Source: Synechococcales cyanobacterium VAR_4_metabat_354 (GTDB lineage: Bacteria; Cyanobacteriota; Cyanobacteriia; Cyanobacteriales; Chamaesiphonaceae). From it: a stretch of DNA of 14,911 nucleotides. The notes beneath the pieces were generated by a model. It worked only from the letters and a program-made list of their open reading frames with translations. It was not told where the DNA came from and searched no databases. The translations under genes and the position numbers were made by a program. Of this stretch, positions 8,574 to 14,911 are shown in pieces (the first letter of the stretch is position 1; each line of letters opens with the position of its first letter). The stretch spans positions 1 to 14,911 of the forward strand of contig JANOQI010000047.1 in the NCBI GenBank assembly GCA_031414775.1, read 5' to 3'.

Positions 8574-8969
8574 CTACCGCAGTAAGACTTCTTTTTCTTC
8601 GTCTAACAGGATGAAGTTGGATTGCACTAGGACATCGTTGGACTTGTAGAACGCTTTGATTTTTTCTGCGACAACTCCATCGAGGCTAGAGAAGTCAACG
8701 ATTTTAAATGCCTTCCGATCGACTTTGCCCTGAACAGCATTGCTAGCAACGATTCGATTGAATGTTTCTCCATTGGAAAGTAGCAGATCGAAGACAACTT
8801 CGCCGCTGAAATTCATTGATGCCAGCTGCTCTTCAATGGACGGTAGGAAGCTTATTGGATTGACGTATGAATTTGCAAAAACTATCGCGATTTGCTCTGA
8901 AATCTGTTCGATCGAATATATCTCTTGATCATTTGTTAAATCTGGCATCGTTTTAGTCCTATTTTTCAT
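8574..8969 (-). CDS. rnlB: RnlB/LsoB-family antitoxin (no toxin gene adjacent)
   Basis: IVFANSYVNPISFLPSIEEQL...GEVVFDLLLSNGETFNR aligns with E. coli RnlB as recalled (VVMATGFENPLSSVNEIETKL...GEILFDLLCANGPEWNR). Length is similar. Alternative start ATG at 8948. Confidence 0.8.
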   Translation of the reverse strand: MKNRTKTMPDLTNDQEIYSIEQISEQIAIVFANSYVNPISFLPSIEEQLASMNFSGEVVFDLLLSNGETFNRIVASNAVQGKVDRKAFKIVDFSSLDGVVAEKIKAFYKSNDVLVQSNFILLDEEKEVLLR

Positions 8970-9358
8970 CGAATATTAAGGTCAATAAAATCAGACTCTG
9001 CCTTTTCCTTCCTTAGCTGCACTTCAGCCCACTTCGCTTTCCAGCATTCATCTGTAGGTTCATCCAAAAACCCAGAGCTGTGGAAGAATTTGATTTGGTG
9101 GTCTCTTGAACCTCGACAAACCTGGTTCTCTGCCATACCTTTGAAAGCGGGAGCATGGCAGTACTGCGAGGAGTCCGTGAGTGCTGCGATAGCCAGCTGT
9201 GCCCTCGATTCTGGATCATCATTTAAGATACCACCGTCACTTCGCCAGGGACATGTAGCGCATTTTGCTGGCATGACATTCAACGTGTCAAATTTAACTA
9301 TGTTTGGGCTAGTTATTTTTGCCCTGGCTTTTTCTAGGCGATCGATCGACTTACTCAT
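8966..9358 (-). CDS. Small Cys/His metal-binding protein (CxxCPW...CH...CxG, DUF6283-like)
   Basis: Motifs CATCPWR, QYCH and VCRG. AGGAG RBS upstream. ATGA overlap with the rnlB-like gene. Confidence 0.6.
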   Translation of the reverse strand: MSKSIDRLEKARAKITSPNIVKFDTLNVMPAKCATCPWRSDGGILNDDPESRAQLAIAALTDSSQYCHAPAFKGMAENQVCRGSRDHQIKFFHSSGFLDEPTDECWKAKWAEVQLRKEKAESDFIDLNIR

Positions 9359-9395
9359 GCTAACTCCTTACTTCACGGCATTTTTAATCCTTTTG

Positions 9396-9776
9396 CTAGG
9401 TCACAACCTTCGCTCCAAAGCCAAGTCCCAGCTCCATCAAAGCTTCTTTCAGCTTACCCTTACGCATCCGAGCATAACCCGTAACCTTATGCTGCCTAGC
9501 GATCGACATCAATTCTTTAACCGGGAGGTTCAAGCTTTGGGGAGCCACCTCGACTATTTCAGGTGTTTGAGCTTCAACCAACGTAGGAGCAATGATTTCA
9601 ATGATTTCTTCGGCCTCGACGACGGCGGTGATATTGTCGCTTGGCTTTGCGGTACCAGAAGCGGTAGGTTCGGCGGTCATTGTTGGCAACATTTCCGACA
9701 GCAAATAAAAGGCCAAGAAGCCCTCCATTACTAGAATACAGGAATCGACTATGCTGTTTATGATTTGTTCGTACAT
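9396..9776 (-). CDS. Rho termination factor N-terminal (Rho_N) domain protein with hydrophobic N-terminus
   Basis: C-terminal LPVKELMSIARQHKVTGYARMRKGKLKEAL fits the Rho_N pattern. Hydrophobic segment at about residues 12-30 and an acidic Pro/Ala linker. AAGG RBS upstream. Confidence 0.75.
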   Translation of the reverse strand: MYEQIINSIVDSCILVMEGFLAFYLLSEMLPTMTAEPTASGTAKPSDNITAVVEAEEIIEIIAPTLVEAQTPEIVEVAPQSLNLPVKELMSIARQHKVTGYARMRKGKLKEALMELGLGFGAKVVT

Positions 9777-9913
9777 ATTTACCTTTTTGATTTTGTAGTG
9801 AATTTAACGTTCAATCTAGTTGGCCTTTGGCTCCGGGAAACCAGCTAAAACCCTGAACCAATCAATGAATCTTGGAAACGTGCCATACTTGAACTGCCTT
9901 TTAATAGATGGTA

Positions 9914-9954
9914 AATAAAGCGATCGAATACTTTTGGCAGTCGATCGCTTTGTT
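9914..9954. repeat. Inverted repeat/hairpin AAAGCGATCGA-N13-TCGATCGCTTT
   Basis: Perfect 11-bp arms at 9917-9927 and 9941-9951, extendable by a few pairs, in the divergent intergenic region. Confidence 0.7.
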
Positions 9955-10182
9955 GTTCGATCAACTGGAGTTCTAGACCCCAATTTAGTGAGGCGTTAGC
10001 CGCTCTTGCAATCTAAGACTCAGCAGGTAACTCCCCAGCCAAATAAGCTCTGATGACCACCTCCTGTGCTACTAAGCCTTTGGCGATCTTGTTGAGGTAG
10101 AAAAGGCAATCTTGGAATATCGCAAGCAATTTCTAGAAAACATCACCTTATTAGGCTTGAGCCTTTCCATATCCCTTATCAA

Positions 10183-10203
10183 CATGTACAATAGTCATGT
10201 ACG
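10183..10203 (+). promoter_or_regulatory. YefM-type operator (CATGTACA / CATGTACG) overlapping a -10 box TACAAT
   Basis: TGTACA at 10185-10190 and TGTACG at 10198-10203; TACAAT at 10187-10192. TGTACA cores are the known YefM/Axe operator motif. Confidence 0.7.
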
Positions 10204-10218
10204 GTTCATTATTTGCTT

Positions 10219-10503
10219 ATGTCTGGCTTAGAGATAACCTACTCTCATGCTCGTGCTCATCTTTCTGAGGTGCTTGACCGCGTTGGGCATGATCGAGAAA
10301 TTGTTACTATCACTCGTCGCAACCAGCCTGATGTAGCGATTATTGCTGCTGATGAGTTGTCAAGTCTGTTGGAGTCTGTCTATCTTCTGCGCAGCCCTGC
10401 AAATGCTAAGCGGCTATTTCGATCGATGAAGTGGGCAAAGTCAGCTGCTGCTATCCCCCAGACTTTAGATGAGTTGAGGCAGGAGCTGTCTATTGAGCCG
10501 TAA
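10219..10503 (+). CDS. yefM: Phd/YefM-family antitoxin
   Basis: YSHARAHLSEVLDRV...VTITRRNQPDVAIIAADELSSLLESVYLLRSPANAKRL. ATG at 10219 preferred over TTG at 10213. Confidence 0.93.
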   Translation: MSGLEITYSHARAHLSEVLDRVGHDREIVTITRRNQPDVAIIAADELSSLLESVYLLRSPANAKRLFRSMKWAKSAAAIPQTLDELRQELSIEP

Positions 10504-10813
10504 TAAGAAGCAAGCCAAAGGTTCAGAGCCAACTCAGCCTACTTGCTTTTTCCCAGTATTCAGCCCTGACTTTAAGGCTGATTTGCGCTGGTGGTATCGG
10601 CAAGAACCCAAGAAAGCAGATCGAATTATGGACTTAGTGGCTGACATTCTTGACGGCAATCCTTTCAATGGACTTGGTAAGCCGGAGCTATTAAAATATT
10701 TTCCAGAACCTAACACTTGGTCGAGGCGCATAGATTTAGAGCATCGCTTGGTCTACCAGGTTGACCAAAGTCGCGTTGTTTTTCTTCAAGCCCGTTATCA
10801 CTATGACGACTAA
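10493..10813 (+). CDS. yoeB: Txe/YoeB-family toxin (ribosome-dependent mRNase)
   Basis: DLRWW...PFNGLGKPELLK...WSRRIDLEHRLVYQV...QARYHY. Overlaps the end of yefM. Confidence 0.93.
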   Translation: MSRNKKQAKGSEPTQPTCFFPVFSPDFKADLRWWYRQEPKKADRIMDLVADILDGNPFNGLGKPELLKYFPEPNTWSRRIDLEHRLVYQVDQSRVVFLQARYHYDD

Positions 10814-10819
10814 TGCCTC

Positions 10820-11323
10820 ATGGAAATCAAACTAACCATCGAACTCAAAAAGCCCAAAGACATCGATTACGACCTAGTGCTAGCCGCAGCTGAAGAAAGT
10901 TCCAGGCCGCTCATTGAAGAGCTGAAGGAAGCTGGGAGCAAGGCCGCATTTCCCTTGGTATCCACGCATTCTGATTGGGCGCTCGAAATCGATGAATCTA
11001 ATTGGGACTGCGATTTCTTCGGTGGCATTTGGTACTGTGATTTCAAACTACAACTGAAGATAGCCGAGGTTGATAGTGGTGATATTGTCGATGAGTTCTT
11101 GGCTTGGGAGCTATTAGGGGAGCCAGTGGGCAAGGAAGTATTCGAGCCTTTGCATAGCTGTGATTGGTCAGGGCTTCAGGGGCGAGAAGGGATTGGTTTG
11201 CGGTTTTCATCGCTCAAGGCTATGCATAGTAGCAAGGGAGACGGTTTGTATTTTCACTATGATGTTATTACTATCCAGGGCAACTATCCCAGCCTTCACA
11301 ATAGTTCAAAGGAGAGATTATGA
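10820..11323 (+). CDS. Hypothetical acidic protein (167 aa)
   Basis: ATG 6 bp after the yoeB stop, ATGA overlap with the next ORF, protein-like composition. No family recognised. Confidence 0.65.
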   Translation: MEIKLTIELKKPKDIDYDLVLAAAEESSRPLIEELKEAGSKAAFPLVSTHSDWALEIDESNWDCDFFGGIWYCDFKLQLKIAEVDSGDIVDEFLAWELLGEPVGKEVFEPLHSCDWSGLQGREGIGLRFSSLKAMHSSKGDGLYFHYDVITIQGNYPSLHNSSKERL

Positions 11324-11577
11324 TCAACTTTAAGCAGCAAATCTATGCAGCAATCGATACCTACAAGAAGTCGAATCTGCAAGAGACAAAGGCAATCTTG
11401 CTAGAATTGCAAGCTACTCCTCTTCCAAAAGCTAAATTGAATGTGTCTGTTATTTATAATTGGCTAGAACTGGCAGTAAACAAAGTCTCAAATCAGCTAG
11501 GGGAAAGTGATTTGGTTTGTATGCCTGTTGAACCATCTTTGAAAAGAGCTTTATTTTATTTAGAAAAAATCCAGTGA
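11320..11577 (+). CDS. Hypothetical helical protein (85 aa)
   Basis: AAGGAG RBS upstream; ATGA and GTGA overlaps on the two sides. No family recognised. Confidence 0.6.
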   Translation: MINFKQQIYAAIDTYKKSNLQETKAILLELQATPLPKAKLNVSVIYNWLELAVNKVSNQLGESDLVCMPVEPSLKRALFYLEKIQ

Positions 11578-12836
11578 CAGCAAAATTCCCCCGAACTCAT
11601 GCCCCACCAGACCATAGCCTCTACCCACAGATCGAACCTATCAGCGTAGATGCTCTCACCGACCACATCTCCCAAGCGCTACTGAGTGCTCCTGAACTCC
11701 GCCATGTCTGGATCAGCGGCGAGGTCTCCAGCGCTAGCCACCACCCCAGCGGCATCTACTTCACGCTCAAAGACCCCCAGGGTAAAGCGCAGGTGCCAGC
11801 GGTGGTTTGGAAAAGCCAAGTGCCTGAGTTGGAGGAGAAGCCCCAGGTGGGTACGCAAGTTCTCGCTTTTGGTAAGATTTCGGTGTACGCGCCACACGGG
11901 AAATATCAATTTCAGGTGCAGCAGATTTTGCCGCTGGGTGAGGGTCTGCAAGCTTTGCGACTGCAACGTCTAAAGCAGCAATTATTAGCTGAAGGCTTAT
12001 TCGACCTGGAGCGTAAGCAACCATTGCCCGTCCACCCGCGCACCATCGCTGTAGTTACGGCTCCCACGGCGGCAGCTTGGGGTGACATTCAACGGGTGCT
12101 GATGTCTCGATATCCTGGGTGCGGGTGCTAATGTCTCCGGCGACTGTCCAAGGTGATGCGGCTCCCCAGTCGATCGAACGAGCTATCGATCGACTGGTCA
12201 TTGATGGTCGTGCTGAAGTATTGATTTTGGCCAGGGGCGGTGGTGCCACTGAAGACTTGAGCTGCTTCAACTCCGAAGTGGTGGTGAGGGCGATCGCTAG
12301 ATGTGCGCTGCCGGTGGTGACTGGGATTGGCCATGAACGCGATGAATCCTTGGCAGACTTGGCGGCTGATGTTAGGGCGGCTACTCCAACGGCGGCGGCA
12401 TCGATCGTAGTCCCGGCTCTGGCTGATTTAGTTGATGAGCATTTGAACCGGGTCGATCGGTTGCGTGTGGCGGTGCGGAGAGCTTTGGATGTGCAGCGGT
12501 CTCAGTTGGAGGGGTTGCGGCGGCGGTTCGATCGTATTAGACCAGACAAGCTGCTGGCTGTGGAGAGCGATCGGCTGGCTGGTCTGCGGCGGCGGCTTAG
12601 ATTTGCCGTCGTTGGCAGACTTGAAATGGCTCAGCAGGAGCAGTTAAGATTACGGGAGCGATCTCAGGCTCTTGACCCAAACTTTGTGCTGCAACGGGGT
12701 TATGTTTTGGTGCGCCGAGAGAATCAGGCAGGTTGTCCGTGATGGCGATGGTTTGGTCGTTGGGGAAGAGTTAAGCGTTCAATTTGGCACAGGAAATTTT
12801 ATTAAGGTGAAGGTAATTGATGATAGCGAAGGATAA
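11574..12836 (+). pseudogene. xseA: Exodeoxyribonuclease VII large subunit with two frameshifts (about 12117-12120 and about 12715-12730)
   Basis: OB fold (VWISGEVS..HPSGIYFTLKD) and LLAEGLFD..RKQPLP..IAVVTAPTAAAWGDI; then in a second frame SPATVQG..LILARGGGATEDL..GIGHERD..LADLAAD..TPTAAA..LDPNFVLQRGY. The native tail QVVRDGDGLVVGEELSVQFGTGNFIKVKVIDDSEG* continues after a further shift, ending at 12836. Confidence 0.9.
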
Positions 12837-13026
12837 CGATTGGAATTATGAGGCTACGGTTGCGCGGGTGGAAGATGCTCTGAAGGCGATCGAAGGCGGC
12901 GAGCTGGGACTCACTGAAGTCTTTGAGCGGCTAGAGGTGGTCGCTGTTGACATGCAACAATGTGAGGAATTCTTGGTACAGCAGCAGGGGCGCGCGGATT
13001 TGTTGGTGGAGACTTTGGTTGAGTAA
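12820..13026 (+). CDS. xseB: Exodeoxyribonuclease VII small subunit
   Basis: WNYEATVARVEDALKAIEGGELGLTEVFE...QQCEEFL...DLLVETL is the cyanobacterial XseB pattern. It directly follows and overlaps xseA. Confidence 0.9.
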   Translation: MIAKDNDWNYEATVARVEDALKAIEGGELGLTEVFERLEVVAVDMQQCEEFLVQQQGRADLLVETLVE

Positions 13027-13031
13027 ATCGC

Positions 13032-13349
13032 TCAAATCACACTATCTAATCCACGCTCCCGAACTAAATGCAGTAACTTGAGAGCCGTTCCCGTAGGATG
13101 CTTTTGGCCGATTTCCCACTTCTGAACCGTTGACAAGCTTGTATTCAAAATGGCCGCGAATACCGCCTGACTAACATTCGACTCCTCTCGAATTTGCTTA
13201 ATTTTCTCCGGTTCCAATGATTCAATCGGTATTAGACACAACCTATCGAACTCCCGAAGTGTTACTTGATCCATCACTCCAGATTTGTGTAGCCCTTTAG
13301 CTGTATCGTGGACAGCTTCAAGGATCGCTGATTTTTTCTTCCGCATCAC
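13032..13349 (-). CDS. HigA-like Xre/HTH antitoxin
   Basis: SAILEAVHDTAKGLH..GVMDQVTLREFD...IKQIREESNVSQAVFA..LN....VQKWEIGQKHPTGTALKLL. Lies downstream of and overlaps the toxin gene. Confidence 0.88.
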   Translation of the reverse strand: MMRKKKSAILEAVHDTAKGLHKSGVMDQVTLREFDRLCLIPIESLEPEKIKQIREESNVSQAVFAAILNTSLSTVQKWEIGQKHPTGTALKLLHLVRERGLDSVI

Positions 13350-13713
13350 AATTCACCTCTATTAGTTCATTATCCTGTCTTGCTATTTCCAGAGCCTGTG
13401 GAGTAAGCGATAAAAGCTCTGTTACAAGTCTCTTTAGGGCTTCTTCTTCACCTTTATCAATGTTGCTACGCTCATTTTTGGGAAAGCCAAAAACAAAGAA
13501 CCATTTATCTCCTTTATTGCTAGCAATTAGTGTGCGATATCCCCCGCGTTTTCCTTGGCCTGGCCTAGCAATGCGCTTCTTGTAAAGTCCACCACCTAAT
13601 TCAGCATCATATAGCCCTCCTGACATCTCGCGTACAGCAGCACAAATACTAACATCTTCTAATCCCTGCTTTTGTGCCCAACGGTTGAACCACCGAGTTT
13701 TATAAATAATCAT
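13318..13713 (-). CDS. RelE/ParE-superfamily toxin (HigB2/DUF1044-like)
   Basis: IYKTRWFNRWA...DAELGGGLYKKRIARPGQGKRGGYRT...FFVFGFPKNERSNI. Toxin-before-antitoxin order; GAGGG RBS upstream. Confidence 0.9.
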   Translation of the reverse strand: MIIYKTRWFNRWAQKQGLEDVSICAAVREMSGGLYDAELGGGLYKKRIARPGQGKRGGYRTLIASNKGDKWFFVFGFPKNERSNIDKGEEEALKRLVTELLSLTPQALEIARQDNELIEVNCDAEEKISDP

Positions 13714-13731
13714 GCCACCCTCTCTTTATTG

Positions 13732-13760
13732 TTTATAGCACTTAGTGCTATGACAAGCAA
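13732..13760 (-). promoter_or_regulatory. Sigma70-type promoter (TTGCTT-17-TATAAA) with palindromic operator ATAGCACT-T-AGTGCTAT
   Basis: Minus-strand -35 at 13760-13755 and -10 at 13737-13732 with a 17-bp spacer. A perfect 8-bp-arm palindrome at 13735-13751 covers the spacer and part of the -10, as expected for TA autorepression. Confidence 0.7.
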
Positions 13761-13845
13761 GGCTAATTTAATTGAAGTCCTTGAGATCCATTTGCCAAAG
13801 GAGACCGTATATAAAAATAGAACTCATCCAAAATCATCTCTAGCT

Positions 13846-14508
13846 ATGTTGAATCTTCTACCAGACCCACAAACTCGGCAACAATCATTGCTCTCCAGCT
13901 TCGTAGCAATGGCTCAAACTGAAAATGGTGATTTCGCTGTGATCGATCGACTTCTGGAAGCTAGCGGTGATCACAAAAGCTTGTATCTGACTGTGCAGCA
14001 CCTGTCTCAGTACCCCCATTGTCAATCAGCTCTGGCGAATCGCTTGCCCTTGGAACCGATTGATTTAGTCACCTTACATCAATTACCCATTGATACTTTG
14101 GGCTACCAATATGCCCATCATATGCTGGGCTATCAGCTAAAACAGCTAGAAGCTCAACCCGCGACCAATGAATATGAATTCATTGACACCCACATTCGAG
14201 AAACCCATGATATTTGGCACGTTGTTACTGGAAGCTCTGTCAATATGCTTGGAGAGATTCAATTGCAAGCATTTTGCGTTGCACAACTACAAATGTCGCG
14301 ATTTTGGATGGCACTACTAACTAAAAACCTCCTTAAATCCTTGCTCTACAATATTGAAGTTGCTGATCAATATATGACTGCTCTCACTAATGGTTGGACT
14401 ATGGGCAAAACAGCACAGCCTCTATTTGGAGTAGATTGGACAGCTCTATGGGAAACGCCGATCGCCCAAGTTCGAGCGTCTTTTGGTATCACTGTGGGTG
14501 AAGCATAA
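13846..14508 (+). CDS. Coq4-family protein
   Basis: LHQLPIDTLGYQYA and RETHDIWHVVTG....LGEIQLQAF (HDxxH-x11-E metal motif), W...WE.PI..VR. ATG 13846 chosen because the ORF-track start (13672) overlaps the toxin gene and its promoter. Confidence 0.85.
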   Translation: MLNLLPDPQTRQQSLLSSFVAMAQTENGDFAVIDRLLEASGDHKSLYLTVQHLSQYPHCQSALANRLPLEPIDLVTLHQLPIDTLGYQYAHHMLGYQLKQLEAQPATNEYEFIDTHIRETHDIWHVVTGSSVNMLGEIQLQAFCVAQLQMSRFWMALLTKNLLKSLLYNIEVADQYMTALTNGWTMGKTAQPLFGVDWTALWETPIAQVRASFGITVGEA

Positions 14509-14510
14509 CT

Positions 14511-14774
14511 CTACCCCAGCCCCCGCAGCAATCCCACTAACCTCTTCCCGCCGACCACATAGACTCCAGCGACCTTTCCAGATGGTACCGAGACCCTGGC
14601 AGCAGAGAAGGCAACGATTGGTGTCACGAAATTCAATCCTTTTTGCTGCTTTACCTGGAGAGCTTGCTTCATCGACTGTGCCAAGAAATTCTTCTCGAAG
14701 GGATACTTGGCTCTTCTGGTTTGGCGATACAAGGCTTTGCCGTCAGTGATGACTTGGCCTCGGTGCGATTTAAT
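14511..14774 (-). pseudogene. 3' remnant of a NERD (nuclease-related domain) protein gene, cut by an IS
   Basis: The frame extends upstream of the tracked ORF: IKSHRGQVITDGKALYRQ...YPFEKNFLAQSMKQALQVK...FVTPIVAFS.A.V..P..KV.GVYVV. This resembles cyanobacterial NERD proteins from the (D)xKSH motif onwards. The frame is lost at the junction. Confidence 0.65.
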
Positions 14775-14911
14775 ACCAATTTAAATCAAGGAGATGACAG
14801 ACGAGGTAGAATGGGAATGATGAATTAAAGATATGTAGATGGCAGAAATAACCTCAATTATTGTCAAAGAGAGCTTGGAGGAGATCGCCAAAAGATTAAG
14901 TCAGGCAAGCA
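14774..14911 (+). mobile_element. Left end of an IS630-like element (TA target at 14774-14775, end sequence CCAATTTAAATC...)
   Basis: NERD coding sequence stops at a TA dinucleotide followed by CCAATT..., and a transposase-like HTH ORF begins about 63 bp inside. Confidence 0.65.
14839..14911 (+). CDS. N-terminus of an IS630-type transposase HTH protein, partial at window edge
   Basis: MAEITSIIVKESLEEIAKRLSQAS resembles the MAGVxxIxIxESxEEL start of cyanobacterial IS630-associated HTH proteins. Confidence 0.65.
   Translation, partial: MAEITSIIVKESLEEIAKRLSQAS

Noticed and set aside
9090..9734. 214-aa plus-strand ORF
   Set aside because: It is an antisense shadow of the CxxCPW and Rho_N genes, which have recognisable motifs and RBSs. 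It has no motif of its own.
9816..9983. Possible ~55-aa minus-strand ORF (TTG start, ...KRQFKYGTFPRFIDWFRVLAGFPEPKAN)
   Set aside because: Weak start, no RBS, runs through a hairpin, and resembles no family I know.
10076..10180. Start-less plus-strand frame AFGDLVEVEKAILEYRKQFLENITLLG as a gene remnant
   Set aside because: It looks protein-like but is short, lacks a start and cannot be assigned without a search.
434..12647. Remaining short (60-110 aa) ORFs of the track that overlap called genes
   Set aside because: All are antisense or out-of-frame overlaps of well-supported genes and have no independent evidence.
13672..13845. N-terminal 58-aa extension of the Coq4 ORF in the track
   Set aside because: It overlaps the toxin gene start and its promoter/operator on the opposite strand. 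ATG 13846 gives a normal Coq4-family length.
14483..14828. Plus-strand ORFs 14483-14749 and 14643-14828
   Set aside because: They are shadows of the NERD remnant and the IS end, with no recognisable features.

Overview
Mobile, accessory DNA, most likely from a cyanobacterial plasmid or ICE (frequent CGATCG HIP1 cores, cyanobacterial-type XseB, NERD and IS proteins). From left to right: (1) the 3' end and terminal repeat of a DDE insertion sequence (1-137). (2) An AT-rich Tn554-like element on the minus strand with three tyrosine recombinases plus a TnpC/DUF6262 gene (142-5540). It has inserted into helicase motif VI of a methyltransferase/strawberry-notch helicase gene, and its end carries two dif-like ATAA-N6-TTAT sites. 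(3) A minus-strand gene run of Rho_N protein, CxxCPW protein, an RnlB-family antitoxin with no adjacent toxin, and the truncated MTase-helicase; this may be an anti-defence module. (4) A tightly packed plus-strand run of yefM-yoeB, two unknown ORFs, a doubly frameshifted xseA and xseB. (5) A convergent HigBA-type toxin-antitoxin pair, a Coq4-family gene, and a NERD-gene remnant cut by an IS630-like element at the right edge. All family assignments come from motif recognition by eye; no database search was run.
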